This document shows, piece after piece, positions 22,857-31,920 of a DNA stretch of 64,000 nucleotides (positions are counted from its first letter, which is position 1; every line of letters starts with the position of its first letter). The translations under genes were made by a program, and so were the position numbers. The notes below the pieces were generated by a model that saw only the letters and a program-made list of their open reading frames with translations, had not been told where the DNA came from and did no database searches. This stretch comes from an uncultured Verrucomicrobiae bacterium (lineage in GTDB: Bacteria > Verrucomicrobiota > Verrucomicrobiia > Chthoniobacterales > UBA10450): assembly GCA_963834385.1 (NCBI GenBank), contig CAWIBO010000003.1, positions 352,001 through 416,000 of the forward strand, given 5' to 3'.

Positions 22857-23702
22857 CTATCCCTTGACCGCGCCCGAGCTGAGGCCCGAGACAAGGAACC
22901 GGCTGAGGAGAAGGAAGAGCAGGACGACCGGGATGGAAACGAGGAGCGCGCCGGCGGCGTAGAGACCCCATTGCGTGCTCATGTTCGATTGGAACATCTT
23001 GAGCCCGAGCGGGAGGGTGAACATCTCGACATCCTGGAGGATGAGAGCGGCCACGACGTATTCGTTCCACGAGGTCATGAAGGAAAAGAGCGCGGTGATG
23101 ACGAGGGCGGGCGCGGCGAGCGGGAGCACGATGCGGTAGAACGACTGCCAGCGGGAACAGCCGTCGATGCCCGCAGCTTCCTCGAGGGAGAACGGAATGG
23201 TGTCGTAGTAACCCTTGAGCTGCCAGATGCAAAAGGGGAGCGCGGTCGCGGAGTAGATGACAATGACGCCGAGGTAGGAATTGATCAGGCCGAGTTTGAT
23301 CAGGATGAGGTAAAGGGGGAGCAACAGCATGGTGGCCGGGAACATCTGGGTCACGAGCAGGCCGTTGAGGGTGGTGGAGCGGCCGAGGAAACGGAACCGG
23401 GAAAGGGCGTAGCCGGCGGTGGAAGCGAGGGCGACGCCGGTGACCGTGACCGCGAGCGCGATCAGGGTGGAGTTGCCGAGCCAGCGGAGAAACGGGGTGT
23501 CGGTAAGGAGAACGCGAAAATTGGCAAGGGTGGCCCCGGCCGGGATGAGGGCGAGCGACGGGGAAAGGAGCTGGTCACCCGGGCGCAGGGCGATGGTGAC
23601 GATGCGCGAGATCGGGTAGAGCGCGAAAAGGACAAAAAGGAGCAGGGCGAAATAGCTCAGCCCGATCCGGAAGAGCTTGGCCGGCGACCTGTCGTTCTTC
23701 AC
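22857..23702 (-). CDS. Sugar ABC transporter permease (MalG-like)
   Basis: AGYALSRFRF, LKGYYDTIPFSLEEAAGIDGCS, LSSGAVKG terminus. Confidence 0.92.
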   Translation of the reverse strand: MKNDRSPAKLFRIGLSYFALLLFVLFALYPISRIVTIALRPGDQLLSPSLALIPAGATLANFRVLLTDTPFLRWLGNSTLIALAVTVTGVALASTAGYALSRFRFLGRSTTLNGLLVTQMFPATMLLLPLYLILIKLGLINSYLGVIVIYSATALPFCIWQLKGYYDTIPFSLEEAAGIDGCSRWQSFYRIVLPLAAPALVITALFSFMTSWNEYVVAALILQDVEMFTLPLGLKMFQSNMSTQWGLYAAGALLVSIPVVLLFLLLSRFLVSGLSSGAVKG

Positions 23703-23726
23703 GCCGGGAAAGGCCCGACCGGGCGG

Positions 23727-24437
23727 CTACACTTTTTTCGAGCGGCGGCGCAGGAACGCCATCCCGGCCAGACCAAGGCCAACAAGGGCGTAGGTCGAGG
23801 GCTCGGGAATGAGGATCGTGGTGTTGAAGGCGGTATTAAAGGGTTGTGCAAAAGATTCGATGCTTTCCCATGCCAACGAGTCATCCAGGGACATGGTCAC
23901 GGTAGCCGGCACTACATCGGGGGTTTTCCAAAGCCATCCGTTGCTGGAGACGGTGTTATAATGAGTCGACGTTGCGATACTGGTCCCGTTGTAAAAACGT
24001 ATTGCGAGCGGGATGGAAGTCGATCCCGGCAGATTGTTTCCAGAGGTCATGCTCCCAGCGGTGAAAGTCAGGGAGAGGGCGAACGTCCCATCTCCAGCTC
24101 CATTTGCATTGAGATCACCGATAGAGATCTGCTGATAGGTTATCGTTGGGAAAGAACCCGATACTGTTTCTGTGTTTGCGCTTCCTTGACCGGCGATAGG
24201 CGTCCAAGTGCCAGTAAACCAGTTATCTGCGGTCGCCCCGCTGAAATAGCCGAGCTGAATAACTGCTCCATCACCGTCTGCGGTAGTTCCGCCTGTCAAC
24301 AGGGTTGTGTCCGACGTGTCCTGGTTGAACACCGTTTGGGATCCGGAATCAAAGCTCACGTTGGTCGACTGGCCATAAACGGCCGCAGAGCTCAAACAGA
24401 ACAGCGCAGTAAGGCAGAATCTCAACATTCGTTTCAT
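23727..24437 (-). CDS. PEP-CTERM surface protein
   Basis: Signal peptide; S/T/G-rich body; IPEPSTYALVGLGLAGMAFLRRRSKKV. Confidence 0.92.
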   Translation of the reverse strand: MKRMLRFCLTALFCLSSAAVYGQSTNVSFDSGSQTVFNQDTSDTTLLTGGTTADGDGAVIQLGYFSGATADNWFTGTWTPIAGQGSANTETVSGSFPTITYQQISIGDLNANGAGDGTFALSLTFTAGSMTSGNNLPGSTSIPLAIRFYNGTSIATSTHYNTVSSNGWLWKTPDVVPATVTMSLDDSLAWESIESFAQPFNTAFNTTILIPEPSTYALVGLGLAGMAFLRRRSKKV

Positions 24438-24441
24438 TAGG

Positions 24442-25472
24442 TTAAAGCGTATACGGCAGGGCCTGCGTCAGCGTGGATTGCGTTCCTGTCGCCGTGCTGC
24501 GCCGAACAACGAACATGGTGCCATTCGACGGGATGACGTCGGAATTGACGTTCGCGAGAGAGCCCGATTTTCGCCAGTTGGTCCCGTTGTAGTAGTAAAC
24601 TGAAAACGCAGAAGTGGCCGGATTCCAAATATAGACATTATCGGCCGAATTCGGACTCGTGCTGACCTGCCAATTCGGAAGGGTGTGGATGTTGGTCGCT
24701 AGGATGGTCGTTCCCGCCGGAAAGCGGTTCGAAATATACGTTGAACCAGGCCCGACGAGATCGGTGCGCTCTGTCGTGGTCGGGACTTTACCGACAAAAG
24801 TTAATTCGAGCGGACTGGTTTGGCGGCGGATGATGAAAAGACCGTCATCCGGATAAATAATCGTCCCATTCTGGTTCAAGAGAGAGCCCGATTTTCTCCA
24901 GGATGTGTTGTTGTGATAAAAGACGTCCCAGGCAGTGCCATTGAAGATATAAACATTATCCGCAGAGTTTGCGCTCGTTGCCTTGAAGAACGGATTTCCG
25001 GAGGGAAAGAGAGAGTTTAAGGTGTGGGCGGCAAAGATCTCAGCCGATTCACCCGTTGAAACTTGAAGTTCGGAGTTGGATCCCGGATTTCCGCTGACAA
25101 AAGTATAACCCGCCGTGTTTACGGTGAGAGTGTTGTCGTCATGACCTGTGATCAGAAAGAAGCGGCCCGTATTATTGCCGCTCGAAAATTTCACAAGATG
25201 TGGAGTATCCGAAAACTCGATTGAGCGGCGAAGGCTGCGTTCGAAAAAGTGAACGAAGTGGAATTGTCGAGGGACCCGACCGTGCCCTTATAAAGAGGGA
25301 TGGTGTAGAGAGGGGATGAGACAACATCACTGGTCGGGGATGTGGACGAGGTCGCTGCCGCAACAATCTTCGTTGTGAACCCGACCGGATCGGTGGTGAC
25401 GGACTGGGCGTTGAGCGAGCTAAGGACCGCGAAAGTTGCGAGGGCAAAGAGGGACGTTCGGAGGATGCGCAT
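24442..25472 (-). CDS. TIGR02597-like verrucomicrobial secreted protein (frameshift near 25200)
   Basis: Signal followed by SVTTDPVGF; internal repeat ADNVYIFNG..FYHNNTSWRK / ADNVYIWNP..YYYNGTNWRK. Alternative start 25526 has an AGGAGG SD. Confidence 0.72.
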
Positions 25473-25597
25473 AGGGAAAAGGGGACCTCGGCCAAGAGTA
25501 AAGGGAAGTGCGCGGAGAGCAAGCATAATTCCTCCTATTTTGAGAAATATCAGGTCCGCGGAGAGGCGGCAAATCCGGGTCGGAGACGGCCTGTTTT

Positions 25598-26359
25598 TCA
25601 CGGCCAGAAATGCATCTGGGCCAGCTTGATGATCAGCGCCCCGACGATGCCAAGAAACAGGACCCGCACGAACCGGCTCCCTTTGGCGATGGCCAGGCGG
25701 GTCCCGATGATCGCGCCGATGATGTTGCAGGCAGCCATGGCCAGGCCGACCCGGAACAGGATGTGCCCGGTCCACGAAAAATAGATGAGCGAGGCGACGT
25801 TGGTGGCCCAGTTGATCGCCTTGGCCGAGGCGGAAGCGCTCAGGAAATCAAACCCGAAGAGGCCGACAAACGCGAAGATCAGAAAACTCCCCATGCCGGG
25901 ACCGAAGAAGCCGTCGTAAAAGCCGAGAATCGCGCCGACCAGCAGCCCGAGAAGACGGGCCCGGTCGGGCGTGTGTTTCGGGGCGTGGACCAGTCCGAGG
26001 TCCTTGACAATGAAAACGTAGATCGCGACCGCGACGAGCAGGATGAGGACAAGAGGGCGAAGCAGGGCGGGGTCAAGCAGGGTGACGGCACGCGCGCCCA
26101 GGAGCGCAAAAAAGAACGCGGCCACCGCGGCCGGAACCACGGTGGACCAGTCCATCCGGACGTGGCGCGCATAACGCTGCAGGGCAAAGGTGGTCCCGAA
26201 AAGCGAGGCGAACTTGTTCGTCCCGAGCGCGGTCGGGACGGAGATGCCCGGGATGAAAATCATGGTCGCCGGAAGCTGGATCAGGCCGCCGCCCCCCACG
26301 GCCGCGTCAACAAACCCGGCCGCCAGCGAAAAACAGCAGAGCAGGAGCAGCTCGGTCAC
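25598..26359 (-). CDS. TSUP (TauE/SafE) family transporter
   Basis: AGFVDAAVGGGGLIQLP, GFYDGFFGPGMGSF. Confidence 0.9.
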   Translation of the reverse strand: MTELLLLCCFSLAAGFVDAAVGGGGLIQLPATMIFIPGISVPTALGTNKFASLFGTTFALQRYARHVRMDWSTVVPAAVAAFFFALLGARAVTLLDPALLRPLVLILLVAVAIYVFIVKDLGLVHAPKHTPDRARLLGLLVGAILGFYDGFFGPGMGSFLIFAFVGLFGFDFLSASASAKAINWATNVASLIYFSWTGHILFRVGLAMAACNIIGAIIGTRLAIAKGSRFVRVLFLGIVGALIIKLAQMHFWP

Positions 26360-26463
26360 GGTCTGGTGTTTTCGTCGCAGACGGCGGGAAAGGCAAGGCG
26401 CGCCGGGGGGTGCGCCTGTTTTGGGAAGTTGAATCGGAGACCGCTCCGCGGGAAAGTCGGGAC

Positions 26464-26982
26464 ATGAAAAGAATGCTGTGCCTTCTCCTGGCCACGACGG
26501 TGCCGCTTTTTGCGGCCGAGAACTTCAAGGTGGGCGCCTTCACCTTCACGGTCCCGGAGGGATGGTCCAAGGTGCAGCCCTCCTCGCCGATGCGGAACGC
26601 CCAGCTCGAGGTGGCCCGGGGTCAGGAAAAAGCGGAGGTGACCTTTTTCCATTTCGGGGGCGGCAGCGGTTCTCCGGAGGACAACGTGAAACGCTGGTTT
26701 GGGCAGTTCCCCGGGAGCGACGAGAAACAAAAGAGCGAGACCGTGGAGGCGGGCCCGGTCACGATCACCTTTGCCTCGACCGAAGGAACGTTCAGCAGCG
26801 GCATGCCGGGCGGCCCCACCACGCCGGTGCCGGGCACCGGCCTTTACGGCGCGATCATGCAGCACTCGACCGGAGATGTGTACGTCAAAATGACCGGCCC
26901 GGCCACGCTGGTGGCGCAGGAGAAGGAGGCGCTGCGCAAAATGGTGCTGGAATCGGCGCGAAGCGGACTTCCGCAGAGTTAG
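26464..26982 (+). CDS. Secreted hypothetical protein (PVC-type)
   Basis: Signal MKRMLCLLLATTVPLFA; VPEGW..SSPMR, DNVKRWFGQF, YVKMTGP. Confidence 0.75.
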   Translation: MKRMLCLLLATTVPLFAAENFKVGAFTFTVPEGWSKVQPSSPMRNAQLEVARGQEKAEVTFFHFGGGSGSPEDNVKRWFGQFPGSDEKQKSETVEAGPVTITFASTEGTFSSGMPGGPTTPVPGTGLYGAIMQHSTGDVYVKMTGPATLVAQEKEALRKMVLESARSGLPQS

Positions 26983-27016
26983 CGCGTTCATGCGCGCAGC
27001 AGCACCTCGCCAGCCG

Positions 27017-27550
27017 ATGAGTGGGAGAATGTTTCGTCACGCTTCTCTTTTCCTCTGTCTGGCGGCCCTCACCGGTTGCAGCACGGTCAGCGATCTGGTC
27101 GTTACCCATATCCCGGAACGCCATTCCGGCCCGGCCCGGATCGTGGTCGACCTGAGCGACCAGCAGGCCTACCTCTACCGGGGCAAACATCTCTCAGCTT
27201 CCTCCCGGATCTCGAGCGGGCGCGAAGGCTATCGCACGCCCACCGGCCGTTTCCGCGTCCTGGCCAAGGACGAAGATCATCGCTCCAGCCTTTACGGCGA
27301 CTATGTAAACCGGGATGGAGAGGTGGTCCGGGCGAACGTCGATGTGCGGAAACACCGGCGGCCGCGCGGGGCGCGCTACGTGGGAGCCCCGATGCCGTTC
27401 TATATCATGTTCAAGCCGAGCTACGGGCTTCACGCCGGCTACCTGCCGGGCCAGCCCGCCTCGCACGGTTGCATCCGGATGCCTTACTGGAAGGCGCGAC
27501 AGTTTTATCGCGCGGTGAAGGTCGGGACGCCCGTGACGGTGCGCCGATAG
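27017..27550 (+). CDS. L,D-transpeptidase (YkuD) lipoprotein
   Basis: Lipobox LTGC; VDLSDQQAY, ISSGR..TPTG, HAG..ASHGCIRM. Confidence 0.9.
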   Translation: MSGRMFRHASLFLCLAALTGCSTVSDLVVTHIPERHSGPARIVVDLSDQQAYLYRGKHLSASSRISSGREGYRTPTGRFRVLAKDEDHRSSLYGDYVNRDGEVVRANVDVRKHRRPRGARYVGAPMPFYIMFKPSYGLHAGYLPGQPASHGCIRMPYWKARQFYRAVKVGTPVTVRR

Positions 27551-27553
27551 TTT

Positions 27554-27999
27554 GAATTTGGAAATCAGGAAGCCAGGAAATTTAATAAGGAAAGGAGGAA
27601 AGTAGGAAAAAGCGGGATGAGAGGAATTTGGAAACCAGGAAGCCAGGAAAGAAAATGAATCAGGAAGGCAGGAAAGCAGGAACTGGATTGAATTTGGAAA
27701 GCGGAGAGTGCCTCGCCCCTTCTTCATCCTGCTTTCCTATTTTCCTGATTAAATTTCTTCCTTCTTAATTTCAAGGATGGGCCTCACGCGGAGGTTCGCT
27801 GAGGTCGCAGAGGGAGAATGAAGGAATACAGGAGAAGCGGATTCAATCACTTCCTGGTTTCCTGGCTTCCAAATTCTTCCTTCTTAATTTTCAGGATGGG
27901 CCTCACGCGGAGGGCTCTGAGGTCGCGGAGGATTGGGGAAACCAGGACGGCAGGAGGAAGCGGGTTCTGAACTTTCCTGGGTTCCTGCTTTCCTGATTC
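27554..27999. repeat. Block of ~26-bp units built from the 8-mer nnCAGGAA (4 forward, 3 inverted) plus a ~62-bp direct repeat
   Basis: GAATTTGGAAA(T/C)CAGGAAGCCAGGAA at 27554 and 27624, variants at 27584 and 27657; inverted copies at 27726, 27851, 27974; direct repeat 27751-27813 / 27871-27931. Confidence 0.85.
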
Positions 28000-28029
28000 T
28001 TTCTCTCCGGTGGAGCCGCGGGATTCCCA

Positions 28030-28113
28030 TGGTGCTCGGGGGGGGACTTGAACCCCCATGCCTTGCGGCATACGCCCCTCAAACGTACGTGTCTGCCATT
28101 TCACCACCCGAGC
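28030..28113 (-). tRNA. tRNA-Leu(GAG)
   Basis: GCTCGGG acceptor; anticodon arm TACGT-TTGAGGG-GCGTA; long variable arm; GGTTCAAGTCC; encoded CCA. Confidence 0.97.
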
Positions 28114-28151
28114 TTTTGGGGAGCGGAGCGCTGCTCCGCGTGAATGGGTGA

Positions 28152-28179
28152 ATTGTATGTCGTGAACCGCTTCCCGCAA
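28152..28179 (-). promoter_or_regulatory. Sigma70-like promoter of tRNA-Leu
   Basis: TTGCGG-16 nt-TACAAT on the minus strand, ~40 nt upstream of the tRNA. Confidence 0.55.
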
Positions 28180-28275
28180 GCGGAAGAATGGAGGGGGCGC
28201 CGGTTGTTCGGACGGGGGCGCGAGCGCCCGGTCCGGACGTTACCGCGCACCGGGAAAGCGGGGTAAGTTGTCCTC

Positions 28276-29010
28276 ATGGGCACGGACGACTGGCTCAGGC
28301 TGGACCTGCACATTCACACCCTGGACGACCCGAAGGATTCGCTCGACTACAGCGCGCAGGAACTGCTGGAACGCGCGCGCGCCTGCCGCATCGAGGTGCT
28401 GGCGATCACCCTGCACGATGCCGTTTTCGATCGGCCGGAAGTTTTCGCGGCGGCGTGGGCGATGGGCCTTCTCCTGATCCCGGCGGCGGAGATGCGGCTG
28501 GAAGGGGCGGATATCGTCCTTCTCAATGTTTCCGCGGCGGAAGCGGAAAGCCTGCGCGACTTCGACGATGTGCGGGCGTTGCGGGCCCGGCGCGGGGAAA
28601 CGCTTTTCACCTTTGCGCCGCATCCGTTTTACCTGCTGGGCGGCTCGATCGGCGGGGAAAAGTTGCGGGCGAATCTTGATTGTTTCGACGCGATCGAGTG
28701 GTGCCACTTTCACCGGGGAAAGTTCAACCCGAACAGGCCGGCGGCACGGCTGGCGGAGGAATCTGGGAAACCGCTCCTGGCGACGTCGGACGCGCATCGG
28801 CTGGGAGCGTTCGGCCGCCATTACACGGAGATTCCGCGACCGGCCGAGCTCTCGGTGGAAACGGTTTTTGCCGGGCTGCGCGCGGGGCCGCGGCGGCTGA
28901 TCAGCCCGGCCTGCACCCTGGGCGAACTCCTGGGGGAGCTCTGGTTCATTTTCATCCATCATCCGGTGCGTGCCCTCTGGCGGGGGAACACGCGAAAAAG
29001 AGAGCCTTGA
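28276..29010 (+). CDS. PHP-domain phosphoesterase
   Basis: LDLHIHT, AITLHD, APHPF, TSDAH. Confidence 0.88.
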   Translation: MGTDDWLRLDLHIHTLDDPKDSLDYSAQELLERARACRIEVLAITLHDAVFDRPEVFAAAWAMGLLLIPAAEMRLEGADIVLLNVSAAEAESLRDFDDVRALRARRGETLFTFAPHPFYLLGGSIGGEKLRANLDCFDAIEWCHFHRGKFNPNRPAARLAEESGKPLLATSDAHRLGAFGRHYTEIPRPAELSVETVFAGLRAGPRRLISPACTLGELLGELWFIFIHHPVRALWRGNTRKREP

Positions 29011-29047
29011 ACGGGAAGGGCAAACCTGACAAAACCTTGGCATCCCC

Positions 29048-29512
29048 ATGTGCCGAATCTCTGTTCTCCTGATCGTGCTGGTGCTGGCGCTGGCCGGTTG
29101 CCAGAGCCCGAAAAAGAAAGGGCCCGAGAAGAAGGTGCCCGATCGCTCCTCTCCGGCGCTGCGGGACGACGCAAGCGATGTTGATTTCCAGGCTTTTGTC
29201 GGACGGCTGAAGGAGGCGGTGGCGGCCCGCGACATGACCACCCTGGCCGGGATGATGACGCCGGATTTCGCCTTTGTGCTTGGGGGCAGCCCGGGCGAGG
29301 ACCGCAAGGGCGACGGTGTTTTCCAGTACTGGGACGAAAACAATCTTTGGATCGAGCTGGAAGGCATCCTCTCGGAAAAATTCGTCGAGAGCGGCGGGTT
29401 CATGGTTGCCCCCCCGCAGTTTGTCACCACGCCGGACGCCTATCACGGCTACCGCGCCGGGATCAAACGAATCGGCGGAAGCTGGAAATTCGTTTATTTC
29501 GTGAACGGCTGA
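29048..29512 (+). CDS. Hypothetical lipoprotein
   Basis: Lipobox LAGC; stop overlaps next ATG. Confidence 0.75.
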   Translation: MCRISVLLIVLVLALAGCQSPKKKGPEKKVPDRSSPALRDDASDVDFQAFVGRLKEAVAARDMTTLAGMMTPDFAFVLGGSPGEDRKGDGVFQYWDENNLWIELEGILSEKFVESGGFMVAPPQFVTTPDAYHGYRAGIKRIGGSWKFVYFVNG

Positions 29513-29970
29513 TGCCGCCGTCGCCCGAGCCCGGGGATGCGCTCGCCGGTTTGCCTCATCGCGCGCCCTTCGTCTTCATCGATGCTGTCCGGGAGATCGA
29601 CCCGGCCGGGCGGAGCGAATGCGAGGTCACTTTTCCGGAAGATCATCCCATGTTTTCCGGGCATTTCCCCGGGAACCCGCTCGTGCCGGGCGTGATTCTG
29701 ACGGAAGCGCTGGCGCAGGCGGCCGGGATCGCGGCCGCGGCGGGCTGCGCCGGAACACTGAAGCCGCTCTTTCTTCTCTCGGGCATTCGCGCGCTGAAGT
29801 TTTTGCGCCCGGTGCGGCCGGGCGAGCTTGTCCGGCTGTCAGCGGAGAAGACGGGCGAGATGGAGGGTCTCCGGCAGTTTCGCGTCATCGCCACCGTCGG
29901 CGACGGCGCCGTTGCGGAAGGGCAGATTATCCTGAGCGAAGCCCGGGCGGACCAGCGCCCACCGCTCTAG
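29512..29970 (+). CDS. FabZ-like 3-hydroxyacyl-ACP dehydratase (hotdog fold)
   Basis: LPHRAPFVFID, FSGHFPGNPLVPGVILTEALAQ. Confidence 0.88.
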   Translation: MPPSPEPGDALAGLPHRAPFVFIDAVREIDPAGRSECEVTFPEDHPMFSGHFPGNPLVPGVILTEALAQAAGIAAAAGCAGTLKPLFLLSGIRALKFLRPVRPGELVRLSAEKTGEMEGLRQFRVIATVGDGAVAEGQIILSEARADQRPPL

Positions 29971-31920
29971 GGTGGCGGCGTCGTTGAGGAAGGAGGAGGC
30001 GGTGGGACGCGCCCGGCGTCGGGAATGGTTGCGTGCAAATCGTAGATCGCGCCCCAGTCGCCTCGATCGACGCGCCCGGTCAATCGTTCCCAGGGCCGGG
30101 TGCTGCCCGGATAATGTTTCTTCTCTTCCCGGCCCCAGAAGAGGTAGCGAACGTTCAGTTCGCGGGCGAGCTCCTGCCAGTTGGGCGCGCCCATCATGAG
30201 AGCCCGCAGCTTTTCGCTGGTGACGTCGTACTTGAAACCCTGCGTCCAAAGATGGCCGGGATACCCGAGCACCATTTTGCGTCCGTGCAGCAGGACCGGG
30301 TGATCAAAGGTGGGATGCGCGGCAAACCGCTCCTCCACCGGCAAGCGCTCGAGGGCCTGGCCGACACCGGCGTAATAGGAACGGCTGATGAGTTCAAAGC
30401 CGGGCCGGCCAGCGGCAAGCCCGCCCATGAGCGAGACAAAGCCGGAACCGAAGAGAGCCAGGCAAACGCCGGCGCGCAGCGGGAAAGACCAGCGCGCAAT
30501 CAATTCCGTCCAAAGAAAAGGGAGCACCAGGAAATAAGCCCAGATCATGATCTTGGTGTTGTCCCAGGCCCAGGGGGCGAACTTGACCAGGGCCGCGAGC
30601 AAAAAGATGGCGGAACCGGGGACCACGAAGGCGAAGGCGAGAGGCGGATCCGCCCGGCCATGCAGGCCGAGGGACGGCGGGTCCCAGCGGAGCCGGAGCG
30701 GCCCGGAGTCAAAACGCAGGCCAAAGACCCGCGCGAGGAGGATCAGCCAAAGCGGCAGAAGCAAACCGAAATTGACCAGCCAGAACTCCAGGAACGGCCG
30801 CCCAAACTCGCCGTTTGCCTGCACCCAGCCAGGCGCCCATTCCAAGAACCGAGCCGGCGCGAAAACCGTCGCTTACCTGATACATGAGGAAGGCGGCGGG
30901 CAGGAAAGCGAGGCCAACCAGGCGGAGCAGGCGCAGACGGAGACCGTTGCTGCCGAAAAGAAACCAGAAGGCGAGGACGAAGCTCAGGGCAAGGAAGGTG
31001 TGGACGTGAAAGAGCGGCAGGGTCGCGTAGAAAAAAAGCTCGAGAGCGAAGGGGAGAGGGGGAGCGGAGGCGCCGTTCCGGTCGAAAAAGCGGCGCCGCC
31101 ATTGCAGCAAGAGCAGCAGACCGGCCGGGATGGCATAAAGCAGTCCGCGCTGGGTCACGAACATGGCGAGTGGAATGCTTTTCCAGCCGATCTGCGGCAC
31201 GCCCTGGTAATCGAGCCACTGGCCGGTGGCGAAAATCTGGAACCCGGCCAGACCGCCGTTGAAAAGAAAACCGGCGACGCCGAACGGGCCGCCCCAGCGC
31301 CAGAAAGCATAAAAGGTGGCGATGGACGCGATCAGTCCCGTCCAGACCAGCCCCGCCCGGAGATCGACCTGGAGCAGGAGAAGAAAGGCGTTGAAGAGAT
31401 CGGCCCCGGCCGGGTAACGCAGTTTGCTGAAGACGTAGATGGGGCTGTCGGGCCAGAGGAGCACGCCGCTGGCGAAGTTGTTGATGTGCGCGAGATGAAG
31501 GGCCAGATCGCCGAGGTTGTTCGGCGATTGGATGCGCAGGACGTCGCCGTCGTGATAAAGCAACCAGCAAAAAGAGCGGAGCGCGAAGAGGGCAAAGCAG
31601 CCGCCAAGGAGCCAGAGCCAGAGCACACGTCCGCCGGTCGGCGCCGGCACGCCGGCCGCGGCGGCGGCCTGCGCGCGCAGGAGCCGTTTTTGCGCCCGGC
31701 GGGACAATGGTCGCGCCGGTGTTGGAGGTTCGGCAGCCGACACCGGGTCGGCCGGCGCGCCGGGACGCGCGGTGAAACGAAACGCGAGGAAGGCCACGAC
31801 CAAACCCAGGACCGCCGCGGCGACCGCCTTGGAAACGTCGAGGCCACCCGCCATGCCGAGCAGGAGCGCGCCGACCGTGGCCGCGTTGACGAAAGCAAGC
31901 CCGGCGGAAAACGATTTCAT
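29967..31920 (-). CDS. Polytopic membrane protein, GT-C-fold glycosyltransferase-like (frameshift near 30860)
   Basis: GDLALHLAHINNF, LRYPAGADLF, WAWDNTK, GYPGHLWTQG; many TMs; ORFs 30709..31920 + 29967..30845. Confidence 0.65.

Noticed and set aside
27554..27999. CRISPR array
   Set aside because: Units are degenerate, irregularly spaced, switch strand and have internal 8-mer periodicity; no cas genes.
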